DNA of 64,000 bases from Longimicrobiales bacterium (GTDB lineage Bacteria; Gemmatimonadota; Gemmatimonadetes; Longimicrobiales; Gaopeijiaceae), in assembly GCA_965197725.1 (NCBI GenBank), contig CBDANQ010000061.1, positions 202,515-266,514 of the forward strand. The letters are read 5' to 3'. Every line of letters begins with the position of its first letter. The first letter of the stretch is position 1. The notes under the pieces are model-generated. The model saw only the letters and a program-made list of their open reading frames with translations, made no database searches and had not been told where the DNA came from. Made by a program: the position numbers and the translations under genes. This document shows positions 49,956 to 60,863 of the stretch, piece after piece.

Positions 49956-51665
49956 TCAGCACGTGACGCAAGTGTGGTTGTTCTTGACACCCATGCCCTC
50001 GAGCAGCGCCATGGTCTCCGGGTAGGGCCGCGTGCGCTGCACGGGGCCGTTGGCCACGTCCACCGTGGTCCGTCCCCGGCGGTCTACAGCGAACGGATCG
50101 GCGCCATGCTTCAACAGGTACAGGACCATCTCATTGTCGCCCCTGGACGCCGCATTGTGGAGCGGCGTCATGCCGTAGTAGTCCGGCTGAAGCACGTCGG
50201 CGCCCAACTCCTCTACTAGGTACTTCACGGCCGGCATCCAGCCATTCTCCACATGCCGGTGGGCGTTACCCACCCAGCCATCGGCGTACGCATGTCCTGT
50301 GGCCACGTGGATGGGGAATATTCCCGGCGCCCCGACGGGCACCGGCTCCACGTCCACTTTGATCTGGTTCAACCAGTGGGGCTCGCCGGCCGTCACCGGG
50401 TTGGGGTCGCCCGCGGGTCTCTTGATCGCGATATGCGGGTCGGCTCCGGACCGGACCAGCAGCTTCATGGCGTCCACGTCCAGGGCATGAGCCGCCCGTA
50501 GGAACGCTGTCGCACCCACCCAGTCGAGCCGTAGGAGGTCGGCGCCCAGTTCCATGTGCCAGATGTTGTACTCGAGACGCGCGTTCACATCCGCCCCAGC
50601 CTCCAGCATCGCTTCCATGAGCTCCAGATGAGTCGTCTGCTGCTGCAGGTGCGCCGCTGAATGAGGGAACTTGCCCTCCGGCAGCCACTGGCGGCTGATC
50701 GTGGCAAAAAGCGGGTTGTCACCCGACTCACTGACCAGGTTGGGATCCGCACCCCGCTCCAGCAGCATCATCGCGATACCGAACTGGCCGTTGATCGCCG
50801 CCATCAGAAGGGGGGAGCTATGGTCTCCGGCAGTCACGTGGTTGACATCGGCACCCCCAGCCAGGAGGGCCTTGACCGTCTCAACGCTTCCGTCCCGGGC
50901 GGCGACGGTGAGCGCTGTCAGACCACCGTAATCGCCGATCCAGTCCGTCATCCTCATGACCGGAAGAGCACCTGCACCAGGAGGATCGGGCACGGCGTCC
51001 CTGTACGACCGGTACACCGGCGTCAGGCCCAACCTCTCGTTGCGCGCCTTCTGCTCCGCTCTGTCGCCCTCGTTGCGCGCGGCGATGTCGATCACGCGCC
51101 CGGTGACCACCGGGTCGGCACCGCTATGGAGCAGCGCCGTGACCGCCTCGGCCCGGTTCTTCGCGGCCGCAAAGATCAGCGGTGTGTGCCCCCAAACGCT
51201 CTCCGTCTTGTCCAGCTCGGCACCGTGTTCCACCAGCGCTTTGATGGCCTCCACGTCGCCGGCAGCAGCGGAAAAATGCAGGGCCGCTACCCCACCCGTC
51301 GAGGTCAGGGCGTTAACGTCGACGCCCGCAGCCAGCAGCGACTTCAACACCTCTGCATGCCCTTCCCTGCTGGCCAGATGCAGCGGCGTATAACTGCCGA
51401 GGCGCGTCTGAGCGTCCACGCCAGCACCGGCGTAGATCAGGATCTCCGCCGTCTCGACATCGCCGTTCACCGCCGCCCAGTGGAGCGCGGTCATGCCATC
51501 GCCCTGGGCCGCGTTCACGTCTGCGCCATGCTTGAGCAGCGAGCGCACTGACTCCACATCGCCTCTCATGGCCGCGTCTGCCACCGGGGAATCCGGAGCC
51601 ATGGCCCACAACACCCCCGTCAGAGCCAGAGCCGCGGTCACGTTCACGCGCAAGGTGTTGCTCAT
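49956..51665 (-). CDS. Secreted ankyrin-repeat protein with C-terminal CxxC, copy 3
   Basis: As copy 1; ends NNHTCVTC; ATG overlaps the DUF1552 stop (ATGA). Confidence 0.93.
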   Translation of the reverse strand: MSNTLRVNVTAALALTGVLWAMAPDSPVADAAMRGDVESVRSLLKHGADVNAAQGDGMTALHWAAVNGDVETAEILIYAGAGVDAQTRLGSYTPLHLASREGHAEVLKSLLAAGVDVNALTSTGGVAALHFSAAAGDVEAIKALVEHGAELDKTESVWGHTPLIFAAAKNRAEAVTALLHSGADPVVTGRVIDIAARNEGDRAEQKARNERLGLTPVYRSYRDAVPDPPGAGALPVMRMTDWIGDYGGLTALTVAARDGSVETVKALLAGGADVNHVTAGDHSSPLLMAAINGQFGIAMMLLERGADPNLVSESGDNPLFATISRQWLPEGKFPHSAAHLQQQTTHLELMEAMLEAGADVNARLEYNIWHMELGADLLRLDWVGATAFLRAAHALDVDAMKLLVRSGADPHIAIKRPAGDPNPVTAGEPHWLNQIKVDVEPVPVGAPGIFPIHVATGHAYADGWVGNAHRHVENGWMPAVKYLVEELGADVLQPDYYGMTPLHNAASRGDNEMVLYLLKHGADPFAVDRRGRTTVDVANGPVQRTRPYPETMALLEGMGVKNNHTCVTC

Positions 51666-53113
51666 CCTACGCCTCCCTTTCCACCACCACTCGATTCCGT
51701 AGCAAGGTTGCCCGTGCTGCCGAGATACAACTCGCCCGAGCTGTCGCCGAAGCCCTCCATGTCGTCCAGTCCGATCTTGTGCAGGAGGGTGAGCATCGCA
51801 TTCGCCATCGGTGTCCCGTCGGAAGCCTTCACGTGCAGGTTGCCCTCCAACTGCCCGTTAGCTCCACCAAGCATGAGCAGCGGGGCCCGCCTGTGGTTGT
51901 GGATGTTCGGATCAGCCATCGGGGAGCCATACAAGATCACCGTCTTGTCCAGCAGGTGTGTGTCGCCCTCCATGTGGTCCTTCAGCTTGTCCATCAGATA
52001 GGTCAGAGTGCCCACATGGTAGCGATTGATCGTGTTCAGGTTGAGAAGGGCGTCCTCATTGTTACCATGATGCGATGCCGGATGGAACGGGGTCTCCGTT
52101 CCGCTCTCCGGGTACACACGCCCCGTGGCGTCCCGCGACATCTTGAGCGAGAAGACCCGCGTCACATCCGACTGGAACGCCAGCACTTGCAGGTCGTACA
52201 TCAGCTTGATGTGCTGGTCGAACGAGTCGGGGACGCCCGAAGGCGCCTCGGGCAACTCCCTCATCTCGCCGCTGGTGTTACGCGCTTCGACCGCTTGGAT
52301 CCGGCGCTCAAGCTCCCGTATATTCTCCAGGTACCGATCCATGCGAAGCCGGTCCTCCGCCTCAAGCTCACGCGTCAAGCGCGCCGTGTCATTCATGATC
52401 CAGTCCAGGATACTGCTACGCGACCTGCGGATCTTGGCCCGCTCCTCCGCGGTCCCACCCGCCCCGAACAGCTGATCGAACGCCAAGCGCGGATCGCGGG
52501 TCGGCGGCAGCGGCTGCGTCGGCGACGCCCAACTGGTCGCATCCGTGTACGCGCAGGCGTACTTGTATGGGCATCCGCCCGCCACATCCACGTTCTCGAT
52601 GGCCAGCTGCATCGACGGGATCGGCGAATCCTGTCCGAACCGCTGAGCGTAGTACTGGTCCAGCGACTTCCCCACGAACACGTCCGAGCTCTGCGTTTGC
52701 CTCGGATGAGACTGAGTGAGAAAGGTAGCACTCGAGCGGGGGTGGTCGCCCCCGATTTCGGACGGAGTGTACGCCTCCGCCATGCGCACGTCCGTGTTGC
52801 TGACGATGGTGAGATACTCTCGGTAGTCCTCTAACGGGCTCAGCGCGCTCAGGCTGTTGAACTCGAAGCCACGCCCTATCTGCTCAGGCGCCCACAGATA
52901 CTGTTGCGCGCCCCACTCGTTGCACCCCGCCGCTCCGTGCACGTTTTCGATGCAGATGAGGCGCGTGCGGTCAATCGCCTGTGACGCCTCCGTCCACGCG
53001 CCGCGGCGGCGGCCGGCAGGCACCATGGCGTCCAGGAAGGGCAGGGCCACCGTAGCGCCCATCCCCCGCAAGAAGGTCCTCCGCGGCAGGTGCTTTGTCG
53101 TGATGAAACGCAT
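51662..53113 (-). CDS. DUF1552 domain protein with Tat signal
   Basis: LPRRTFLRGMGATVALPFLDAM, ELERRIQ, LAFQSDVTRV, HPASHH, NIHNH. Confidence 0.88.
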   Translation of the reverse strand: MRFITTKHLPRRTFLRGMGATVALPFLDAMVPAGRRRGAWTEASQAIDRTRLICIENVHGAAGCNEWGAQQYLWAPEQIGRGFEFNSLSALSPLEDYREYLTIVSNTDVRMAEAYTPSEIGGDHPRSSATFLTQSHPRQTQSSDVFVGKSLDQYYAQRFGQDSPIPSMQLAIENVDVAGGCPYKYACAYTDATSWASPTQPLPPTRDPRLAFDQLFGAGGTAEERAKIRRSRSSILDWIMNDTARLTRELEAEDRLRMDRYLENIRELERRIQAVEARNTSGEMRELPEAPSGVPDSFDQHIKLMYDLQVLAFQSDVTRVFSLKMSRDATGRVYPESGTETPFHPASHHGNNEDALLNLNTINRYHVGTLTYLMDKLKDHMEGDTHLLDKTVILYGSPMADPNIHNHRRAPLLMLGGANGQLEGNLHVKASDGTPMANAMLTLLHKIGLDDMEGFGDSSGELYLGSTGNLATESSGGGKGGVG

Positions 53114-53141
53114 GTTCCCTCCTTTCTGCTCTGGCTAAGGC

Positions 53142-55676
53142 TTACTGTTGATTGACGTCTTGGGAACCGTCGCTCACAACTATGGGCTTCCGCTTCTGGA
53201 ACGCGTCACTGCTCGCCACCCCCATGACGAAGGAGGACATGCGGTAATCATTCGCCTCGGCCGAATCAACGATCGCCCGGACGGTTGGCATGTCGTAGTA
53301 CTCGACTCGACGGCCGAGGGCATAGGCCATCAGGTTCACCGTGAAGTTCCGGAGGATCGGGATCGAGAGGCCCAGCAGCGCGCTCTGCAACTCGGCCGCA
53401 CTCGTCACTCGAGTGCCGTCGTACAGCTCGCCCCGAGTGTCCAGGGGCATCCCGTTCTCACGAATTCGCCACTGGCCGACCACGTCGAAGTTGTCCAGCG
53501 CGAGACCGAAGGGGTCCATGAACTTGTGGCAGGAGTTGCACACCGGGATCTCGCGGTGCTTCTCCATCCGCTGGCGAGTCGTCAGCGCCAGCCCCTCTTC
53601 CGAGGTTGTCTCCGTCTCCTCGAGATCGGGAACTCCCGGAGGAGGAGGAGGCGGTGGCGTTCCCAGGATCACCTCCATCAGCCACTTCCCGCGCAGCACC
53701 GGAGAGGTACGCGCTGGCATGGAGGTCAGCGTGAGAATGCTGGCATGACCTAACAGTCCCCGCCGCGTGTCATCCGCATAGGGCATCCGCCGGAACTCTC
53801 TGCCCGCCACGCCCGGAATTCCGTAATGCTTCGCCAGCCGCTCGTTCACGTACGTGTAGTCCGCGGTGAACAGCTCCAGAACGCTCCGGTCTTCCTTGAC
53901 CAAGCTATTATAGAAGAAGAGCTCCGTCTCCCGACGCATGGCGCTCTTGAGCTGCTCGTCGAAGTCCGGGTAGATCCGTACCGTCGGATGGACCTCATCG
54001 ATATCCGAGAGCCGCAGCCACTGGCTCGCGAATCGGGTCGCCAGTGCTTCCGAGCGGGGATCCGCCAACATCCTCTCGGCCTGTGCTTCGAGCACCTGCG
54101 GATCCGAAAGCCGCCCCTCGCGGGCGAGAGACACCAACTCCTCGTCAGGGGGTGTCGCCCACAGAAAGTAGGACAGGCGAGACGCGAGCGCGAAGTCGCC
54201 AAGCCGGTAGCTGCGATCGTCCCCCGCGTCGGCCGCTCGCTCTTCAACCCGGAACACGAATTGTGGGCTGGACAGAATGGCCTCGAGAGCCGATCGGATG
54301 CCCTCCTCGAAGCCTCCCTGCTCCACGCCATCCTCATAGAACGACAGCAGCGCTTCCAGATCTTCGGTCTCGACAGGCCGGCGGAAGGCCTTGCCCGCCA
54401 GATCCGAGATGATCTCTTCGGCGCACGGCGGTCCCTCGTCGGGTGACGTCGGGCGGCACGTGAAGATCCCCCGGCGTACCGGTGTCTCCGATACCCCCGA
54501 CGCGTTGTAAGGACCGCCCACGACGAAGTCCCTCATGTGCGGCAGCGCCTGAATTCCGTAATTGCCGGCGAGGGACGTGGTGGGAATGCTCCAGTCATGG
54601 GGGCTCAGCACGTCCGCCACCATGCCCTCGTACTTTCTGACGAATGCAGCGGTCACGCGATGCTCGCCCGAGCGGATGAAGATGGGCTCCGTTCGCATGT
54701 TCGCGCCGCTCGGATCCTCCTCATTCAGCCACCGGTCGACCTCCAAGAGGGCCACCGGATCTCCGTCGATGGAGATCTCTACCTGTTCCGGGCTATCGGC
54801 AGTATGCAGGCCGGAGTTGCCGTCCCCGTAGATGGTGCCCGTGTCCACGACGTGGATGGAGACCCTGAAGGTATACTCGCCGTCCGCCGGGAAGTGGTGC
54901 ACCACCGATGTGCCGCCCCGGCTCCCGAACGGTGCGCCCTCGACCCGGTCGGACTGGGAGTTCCACTGCGCAACCATGTACTGCGTCTCACTGGGCGTGG
55001 TGTTCTGGTAGCCGATGGCCAGGCGGCTGATCTCGGCGGCGGCGCGCATGTAGGCATCCATCAACGCCGGCGACAGCAACTGCGCGTCGGCAATGTTGTC
55101 GAAGTTGGCGCTCTTGGCATCCAGCGGAAGCCACCTCGCGGCGTCCACCTGGAGACCCATAACAGCGCGGATCGACGACTCGTACTCAGGGCGGTTCAGC
55201 CGCTGGAAGCTACGGGTCCCCGGGTTCGGGTTGGCGGCCGCCGCCTCGTCGACAACCGACTCGAGGGTGCGGACAAGCGACAGGAGCGTGTCGCCGGCGG
55301 GCCGGCGAGCACCTGGGGGGTGGCATCATGCGCGCCCGAAGCCTTCAGGATCATCCTTCTCGGCCGTCTCGGCCGTCGCCGCGCCTGGGGTCCTGGCAAA
55401 TTCGTTAGCCGCTTCCACCTGGAACTGCTCGAGTGACAGGTTACCCGTCAGCCTGCGCTCGTTGTGGCAACGCACACAGTACCGCTGCACGACCGACGTC
55501 AGATCTTCCGCCGACAGGTCCGCGGCAACGTCCGGGTGGAGCGCGGGACTGCTGACGACCAGCTCCGTTCTCTGCGGAGGAGCGGCGAGCGACAGGGGCG
55601 ACAGGAGCCCAGTCTCGGTGGATTGGCCCGCGAGAACCAACAGGACCCCAAGTACTCCAGCTGCTATCGTCTTCAC
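53142..55676 (-). CDS. DUF1592-type protein (DUF1587/1595/1592/1588/1585-like) with two CxxCH motifs; broken by three +1 indels at ~55315-55357
   Basis: Signal peptide, CVRCH, QRLNRPEY, LASRLSYFLW..PPD, FASQWL, RTSPVLRGKW, PPPPPP, CNSCH. Confidence 0.85.
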
Positions 55677-55720
55677 ACTAGCCCTCCTCTACCACGGGAA
55701 CTTCACATTCATCATCTACT

Positions 55721-55755
55721 AAGAGGTCAGATCTGACAAGAGGTCAGATCTGACC
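55721..55755. promoter_or_regulatory. 17-bp direct repeat with two perfect palindromes (candidate operator pair)
   Basis: AAGAGGTCAGATCTGAC twice; core GTCAGATCTGAC is self-complementary. Confidence 0.55.
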
Positions 55756-55810
55756 GGTGGCCCAGGCGAATCTCGGTACCCCGCCCGGTGATTGGGTCAG
55801 CTCCCTGGAG

Positions 55811-55847
55811 GCCCCCTCCCCCTCCGGAATATCCGGGGGGAGGGGGC
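55811..55847. terminator. GC-rich hairpin downstream of the SusD-like gene
   Basis: GCCCCCTCCCCCTCCGGA-ATA-TCCGGGGGGAGGGGGC, imperfect stem. Confidence 0.55.
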
Positions 55848-55886
55848 GCACCAGAGCGGCCATCTTGGTTCAGGTTCGTGTTAAGC

Positions 55887-57268
55887 TCAGCGTGAGGTCA
55901 GGTTGAGATTCGTGTCAAGCTCAGCGTCCGGGATGGGGAAGCACTTGCTGGGCTTATTGTCCTGGAAGAAGAAGCCCAGGCGGGACTCAAAGTCGGGCCA
56001 GTCGAGCGAACCCGGAACTATCTGGGTGGGGGGACTTTCGAAGGTCAGAACATTCCCCGACCAGCGCCGGATGTCGGCCATACGCTTGCCCTCGAGCCAG
56101 AACTCGATCGCTCGCTCCCGCTTGAGCGCCGTCCAGGCTTCCTCCATGTTGGTGGCCGGCCACGGCTCCAGCGGCAGGTTGGTAGTCTCGCTGACGACGG
56201 CGGTGCGAATGCCGTTGATGAGGTCCATCGCCGGCTGCATCTGACCTTCGCGCAGGAGTGCCTCGGCCCGGATGAGGACCATCTCCTTGCCCCCCGCCAT
56301 CCGGATGTCCTCGCCCCCTGTTATGTGCTTGTTGGATGGAAACGACCAGTCCACCGCGCCGAAACCCGTCAGGTTGGCCGAGCCGAGAAGATGCGTGGGA
56401 TCCCCATCCTCAAGCCGCGCCCAGGCGCTCCGAGGATCTCCCGTGTCCGTGAAATAGTCAAAGAACCAGGTATAGTGGACGGTCTGTGCCCTGATCCCAT
56501 AGGCCTGAAACTTGCCTGCCCAGATCACGTTTTCCGTTACCTCGGCTGACGTCGCGTCCACCTCGATGAATTTGTTGTAGTCGAGCGGCACCTGGTTCGC
56601 GTCACTCACCGCGCCGGCCCAGTCCCCCAGGAACACGCGAGTCGCAGCGCGGCCCGCCAACGCCGCGAGCCTTTGATCCGAATTCGGTCCGCTGGCCAGC
56701 GCATTCGTGAAGTGTTGTTCCGCCCGCGTCGAGTGGAGTGAGGCATCCCCCGCGGGCCCGCCGTCGATGACGGAAAAACACATGTTCTCGCCCAGGACCT
56801 TGTTCGCGTACCCAGCCCAGAGATACGCGTCGACGAGGGTACTCGCCGCGACGTTTCTCGGTGAGATTGCTATCCGTGAAGCGCCGGATGGCGTCCTCCG
56901 CAATCCACCGCCCCTGGTGGGTCGCTTCCCAGACCTCGTTGATGCCGCCGTCTTGAGGAAGAAGCTGCCCGTTCTGCGCCGTGGTTAAGACCCCGCCCGG
57001 GCCGGTCTGGCCGCTAGCCACTAACTCCCGGGCCGAGTGGGCCGTGTGCATGACGATCCAGTTGAAGCCCCACGTCAGCTGGCGCTGAGCGCCATGCACC
57101 ATCGCGGCGTGGGCCGCGTTCAGGTTCAGGAAGTCATCGTTGACGGGTCCCGGATTGGTTACGTCGCAGCCGGCGATCGCGGTGACCAGCAGCGCGGCTA
57201 CGGAAACCGTCCTGACTCGGTGTGCACGGCTGCCCGCCTGGCCGCTGCGTGTTGTCGTTCTTATTCAT
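55887..57268 (-). CDS. RagB/SusD family outer-membrane lipoprotein (frameshifts near 57230 and 56860)
   Basis: Lipobox IAGC-DVTNPG, LIRAEALL, ERAIEFWLEGKRMADIRR, CFPIPDAELDTN. Confidence 0.8.
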
Positions 57269-57321
57269 GCCTGTCACCTGCTCCACGTGTAGTCTTTTCG
57301 AGTCCTTCGCTCCCGCCCTCA

Positions 57322-60266
57322 TTAGAACACCACCCTCAGGCTTGCGTGCATGCCCCAGGTATTCGGGGGCTGCGAACGCGGCTGCGCGGCGAGTTGATTG
57401 GGATCTCCCATCTGATCGGGATCCATGTCCTGCCACTCGCTGTTGATCCAGGTGTAGGCGTTGGTCACCGCCAGCGTCAGCACGGAGTTGTTCACCTGAT
57501 CGGGGAACGCGAAGTCCACGGGGATCGTGGCGCTGACGCTCCGGAGCCGGAAGAACGTCGCACTGACGAAGTTGCCCTCCTGGAAGGTCAGGTTACCCGT
57601 GCAGGTCATCCGCCAATACGCGGGGGTATCGTCTTTGAGCGCGGTGGTGTGTGTCGCCGGGTTCGGCTGCGCAAAGTTGAACAGCCGGCTGTCGTACGGG
57701 GTCTTGTAATAGGGCCAGCAGATGGGCTGCCAACCGCCGCGCTGGACGCCCCCGTTGGTCATGCGCTCGCCCTTGAGGTGGCCGCCGCGGAACTCGCCCC
57801 GGCCCGAGACGTTGATTCCGCCCGGCAGGCGGAACGACATGAAGGGGTTCACGAACGTGGTCGGCTCACTCGGTCCGAAGATGTGTCCTTGCTCGATGAT
57901 GGGAGCGGCGATCTCGTCCGGATTACTCACCCAAGGTCCGCGTAACACCGGCGCCGGCTGGCCCTCGATCACCCAGACGCCACGGCTGATCCTGAACCCT
58001 GCCAAGCCACCGAGATCGAGCACTTTTGGACCTGCTCTTGGTGAGGTTCACCCCCACGTCCCAACCCCAGTCCCTGCTTCGAACGAGGGTGCCTTCTAGG
58101 TTGACCTCCACGCCCCTGGCGTTGATCTCGCCGACGTTGCTTAGCCGGGAGCTCAGGAAGCCCTCGGACGCCGGCAGGTTGACGCTGAAGAGGGCGTCCG
58201 CCGTCGTCGCACTATAGAGGGAGACTGAGCTCCTGAGCCGGTTGTCCACGAAGTCGGCGTCGAAGCCTACCTCAAGCTCGGTGGTCACCTCGGGACCGAT
58301 CCCGGGGTTACCCCACGTTTTCCGGGACCAGGGCCGGTTGGCCGGCCAAGCCTGGTGAAATCCAGGTACGAGTCGCATCGAAGGCGCCGGGCGCGCGACC
58401 CGCCTGGCCCCACGCTGCCCTCAGCTTGAAGCCCCCGTCACTCGGCCAGAAGTCCTCGTCAGACAGGACCCAGGACACGCTCGCCTTCGGATACGCCTGC
58501 AGACCGAAGTCCGAACCGAAGCTGCTGTGGCCGTCTATGCGCACGCCCGCGGTAACGAAGTACTTGTCGCTGATGTCGAAGACGTTCTGGAAAAAGAACC
58601 CTGCGTTCCAAACCTTCTCCCGGTCCTCCAAGGCGATGAGCTTGGAGGCCGAAGTCACGGTGGGCTCTGCGGCGCCGGGGAAGCCCTCTCCGTAGCCGTT
58701 GAGGCGGCGCGTGTGGTCAGAGATGGCTTGGCCGCCCCAAGAGAATTTTAGCGCCGATGCTCTCCGTCACGTCGAAGCCGTACGTGCCCACGTAGTCCAA
58801 GGTGAGGAGCCGGTTGGTCCACGTGTCGTTCGACACGCTGCCCGCGTCGAACAAGATATAGCCGAAGGGCCGGATATTGCGGACCTCCTGCATGGTGAAA
58901 TCGTAGCCGACGGTCAACCGGGTTCGTAAGGCTCGCGAACGGCGAGTGACTGACCGTCACCCCCGTGGTGAACCGCTCGACCTCCTGTTGGATATCCTGA
59001 TCGAACAGCCGGGCAAGCTCGAGGGGGTCCTCGGAGTTTATGTAATTCGCGATCCCCCGATAGGCGTTGTGGGTGATCCCGGCCTCGTTGCCGCCGATGG
59101 TCGTGTTCCGCTGCCCTTGGAATGCGTACGCGGAGTTCCACTGGATTATGAAATCTTGCCCCGGCGTGAACGTAAAGTTACCCCGGACCGAGTACTTCGA
59201 GAGGCTGTCCGAAGGTAGAATGCCCGACCCGTTCTCAAACATGCCGGACGCGAAATACTGCAAGTCCTGTCTTCCGCCCCGCACCGACGCCGCGTAGTTC
59301 GAGAGGTGGCCGTTGCTCAAGAAGGGCCCAATGCGGTGGAAGGGGAACCGCGCTCTACCGCACGATCCGTCGTTGTTACACACGTCCCCGTTCCGGGGAC
59401 CATGCTCGATGGCGCGGTTTAGGGACTGCTTGGCCTCGAAGGTCCACACGGGAGCGCCCGAAGAGCCCCTCTTCGTGAAGACCTGGATCACGCCAGCCGA
59501 TGCCTCGGTGCCGTACAGCGTCGTGGCCGCCGCACCCTTGATGATCTCGATCCGTTCGATGTCATTCGGGTTGATGTTGTTCAGCGGCAGGATGTTGACG
59601 TTGCCTCCGTCCCCCGAGCTGCGCTGAGCCGGGGACCTTCCCTGGGGGATGGGGGCGCTCCGCATCCGGATGCCGTCGAATATAGATGAGCGGGGAGTTG
59701 CTCATGCTGAGGCTGGTGTTGCCCCTGAGCCGAACGTCGCTACCCGACCCCAGCACACCGCCGAGGCCCTGAATCTGGACCCCTGGCGCCGTGGCCCGGA
59801 GCATGTCCGAGATCGTCTCGGGGGCGCCCGGGATGTCGGCCACGTTGATCTGTGCGATGGAGTTCCCGATCTCACGGCGTCTGGACGCACCCGCTGTGCC
59901 GGTGACGACGATCTCGTCCAGGCCCAGAGCCACAGTGCTGAGCTGGATATTCACCTCTACGGACCCTCCAGCGGGAACGGTGACTTCCCGGGTGACCGTC
60001 TCCATACCGATCCGCTGCGTCTCAATCGTTTGCGTCCCGGCCGGAACGTTCAGGATCAGGAAACGGCCATTCGCACGGCTCAGGCTCCCTAGGCCGGATC
60101 CCGGCACAAAGATCTGGACCCCAGAGATGGGCGCCCCGGTCACCGCATCGATGATGGTGCCTACGACCTGGCCGGTCGCCTGGGCCTGCGCCGTCGCAGA
60201 GGCGACGAACAGGCTGCAAACAGCCAATACCAGGGATATCCCTATCGGACTTAACCTCTTAAACAT
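57322..60266 (-). CDS. SusC/RagA-like TonB-dependent receptor (split by about five frameshifts)
   Basis: Signal peptide, carboxypeptidase-regulatory-like domain, LDEIVVTG, DIERIEIIKGAAATTLYGTEASAGVIQVFTK plug, AGVRIDGHSSFG, terminal Phe. Confidence 0.85.
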
Positions 60267-60328
60267 CGCATCCCCCTTACAGCTTTATTGGGCTCTGAGA
60301 ACGCAAGAGCCCACGTAGATTGGAAGTA

Positions 60329-60863
60329 TCACTTGACTAAATAGCTCTCGCCGGACCCAGACGCAAGGATGTCTTTTCCCCTCCAGCGCAGTCGGGATGC
60401 CTGGCCGGACGTCAGTTCGGAGACAAGTTCGGTGGCCGTGAACACGAAGCGGAGCTTTTCGCCCACGCCGAGGGCGCGCTGCACGTCGTAACGCTGGGAG
60501 TCGTCCAGGAAAACCTGCATCGAAATGCTGTTGCCCTCCTCGAAGTTGGTGATCACAGCGAAGAAGCGGACGGGGCGTCGAGAGCGCGAAGGTCTGCTCG
60601 AACGACGAGACGACCACGAAGGTGTCCGCTTCGACGACGGCCTGGATGGAGCCGTCTAGGGCGATCGAAAAATTCTGGGACGTGACGAGCTCGACGGCCT
60701 CGGTGCCCGCGGCGGTCACGACCACGCGTGCGGAGGTAGGGTCGTCGGAGCCCAGGCCCAGTATTTCGCACGCCGCAAGGGCCGCACAGAGACCGAGTAG
60801 GGCCGCGGCACGACGCCAGGCGGGCGTGCTCGCAAAGGTCGTCGTGAATCGTTCGAACGTCAT
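60329..60863 (-). CDS. Putative lipoprotein (frameshift near 60575; end uncertain)
   Basis: Lipobox LAAC-E; coding-like sequence continues in ORF 60329..60556. Confidence 0.55.

Larger units (their letters stand above)
45572..51716. repeat. Tandem triplication of an ankyrin-gene unit (periods 2172 and 2065 bp)
   Basis: Identical hairpin anchors at 45581, 47753 and 49818; near-identical genes. Confidence 0.95.

Noticed and set aside
45572..51716. Diversity-generating retroelement behind the ankyrin variation
   Set aside because: No reverse transcriptase or non-coding template repeat in the window; differences include indels and are not restricted to adenines
55326..55328. Selenocysteine or readthrough at the in-frame TGA in the DUF1592 gene
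   Set aside because: The TGA arises only from three nearby +1 indels; correcting them restores the expected KLRxxMMPP motif
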